Notes under the pieces: model-generated
Database searches by the model: none
The model's input: the letters and a program-made list of their open reading frames with translations, nothing else
Told to the model about the DNA's origin: nothing
Program-made: the position numbers and the translations under genes
Part shown: positions 41,754 to 42,554 of the stretch, one piece after another
Layout of the letters: each line of letters begins with the position of its first letter
How positions within the stretch are numbered: the stretch's first letter is position 1
From: an uncultured Anaerolineae bacterium
Lineage (GTDB): Bacteria > Chloroflexota > Anaerolineae > CAYNKW01
Direction of reading: 5' to 3'
Assembly: GCA_964453885.1 (NCBI GenBank)
Contig: CAYVPU010000001.1
Span: forward strand, 1-42,554
DNA length: 42,554 bases

Positions 41754-42554
41754 GTGCCTGCTCTTTCCTCCTGGTTGACGTCCCCTTTTCTGCCAGCGGT
41801 GGCCCTGGTTGCCGGCGCGGCTATGACTTGGCTCGCTCGCCGGTTCCTTCCGAGCCACTGGCCTATGGTTTCGCTGATCCACCGGGCACTGCCAGTTGTT
41901 TCAGCGTTAGCGGCCGTCCTCGCCATCTGGTCGCTGCGCCAGCCGGTGTCCCCCTCTCGCTTCCTGCTGATCCTTCCACCGACGCTAGGGCTGGACTTGT
42001 CGCTGAGGGTGCAGCTAGACGAGTGGGGACGACTATTTGGACTGTCTCTGTTGTGGCCAGCGCTGACCGTGGCCGGGCTGGGTCTTTTTGGTTCGTCCTC
42101 TGATGCCGGGGACGCAGCAGACCCGCCAGCCTGGTCCCAGTGGTTGTCGTTGCTGGCGGCTGCTCACTTGACGCTGGCCGCCGCTGACTGGTTGACGCTG
42201 GCTGCTGCACTGGTCTTGTTCGACCTCGTCTACCTGGCAACGGCTGCCCCCCAGAGTGAGCGTGGACGGAGCTTCCTGGCCAACGGCCTGAGCGGGCTGA
42301 CGGTCCTCACCGCGGCATTTATGCTTTCCTCCGGCCATCACAGCCTGGCCCTGAGCGGGGGTGAGCCACTGCCGCCCACGGTGGCGCTGCTCATCACCGT
42401 GGCGGCTCTCGTCCGCCTGGCTCCCTATCCCCTTCATTTCTGGCTACCCGATCCCCAAAAAGTCGCGCTGCCAGCCTGGCGTTGGCCAGTGCGGCTTTCG
42501 TCGTCGGTGGTCGGGCTATATCTGGTGACCCGTATCACGCCCCTGCTGGCCGGG
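41754..42554 (+). CDS. Divergent proton-antiporter-like (NuoL/M/N, MrpA/D family) membrane protein, 5' part only
   Basis: Absent from the ORF track because it has no stop before the window end. A GTG 4 nt after the xseB stop opens 267 codons with no stop. The product is strongly hydrophobic and contains LAPYPLHFWLPD, resembling the PFHxWLPD motif of the antiporter-like family. Confidence 0.45.
   Translation, partial: MPALSSWLTSPFLPAVALVAGAAMTWLARRFLPSHWPMVSLIHRALPVVSALAAVLAIWSLRQPVSPSRFLLILPPTLGLDLSLRVQLDEWGRLFGLSLLWPALTVAGLGLFGSSSDAGDAADPPAWSQWLSLLAAAHLTLAAADWLTLAAALVLFDLVYLATAAPQSERGRSFLANGLSGLTVLTAAFMLSSGHHSLALSGGEPLPPTVALLITVAALVRLAPYPLHFWLPDPQKVALPAWRWPVRLSSSVVGLYLVTRITPLLAG

Noticed and set aside
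41828-42437. ORFs 41828..42103 (+), 41863..42240 (-) and 42033..42437 (-)
   Set aside because: They are Arg/Pro/Ala-rich shadows of the open frame starting at 41754, which encodes a coherent multi-TM protein with an antiporter-family motif.

Overview
High-GC bacterial chromosomal window. The gene content and the Thr/Pro-rich linkers look like a Chloroflexota-type organism, but that taxonomic call is inference only. No rRNA, tRNA, CRISPR array, transposase, integrase or phage gene was seen. Coordinates 1-18.2 kb hold mixed housekeeping and accessory genes: a partial TP-rich membrane protein, a PIN/Phd toxin-antitoxin pair, fused secDF, a D-aminoacylase plus a DapB-fold dehydrogenase, a Ser/Thr kinase with TPR ectodomain, tatA, mutS2, cvpA, a lipoprotein, and ogt followed by two GT4 glycosyltransferases. 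Coordinates 18.2-40.0 kb hold 17 co-directional minus-strand genes, many with 4-nt ATGA-type overlaps, that form a large glycan-assembly supercluster. This cluster contains three paralogous GT2(+GT4) polymerase-like modules (one split, one fused, one GT2 only). It also has an RmlC-like/SDR/RmlD deoxyhexose tail pathway and a Wzt-type ABC ATPase with no Wzm permease in the window. A GtrB-like polyprenyl-phosphate glycosyltransferase sits next to an MprF-flippase-like protein, and a pyruvyl transferase sits next to an FrhB-like protein. Two GT-C membrane glycosyltransferases are each followed by a paralogous bitopic partner protein, and a secreted two-module beta-rich protein has its own consensus promoter. 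The window ends with xseA, xseB and a partial divergent antiporter-like membrane protein. The most unusual non-coding feature is a 146-bp hairpin-forming inverted-repeat element. It is flanked by 8-bp direct repeats and lies exactly at the predicted transcription start of the D-aminoacylase operon, next to back-to-back consensus promoters and a 20-bp tandem repeat. All functional calls come from reading motifs in the supplied translations. No database search was possible.
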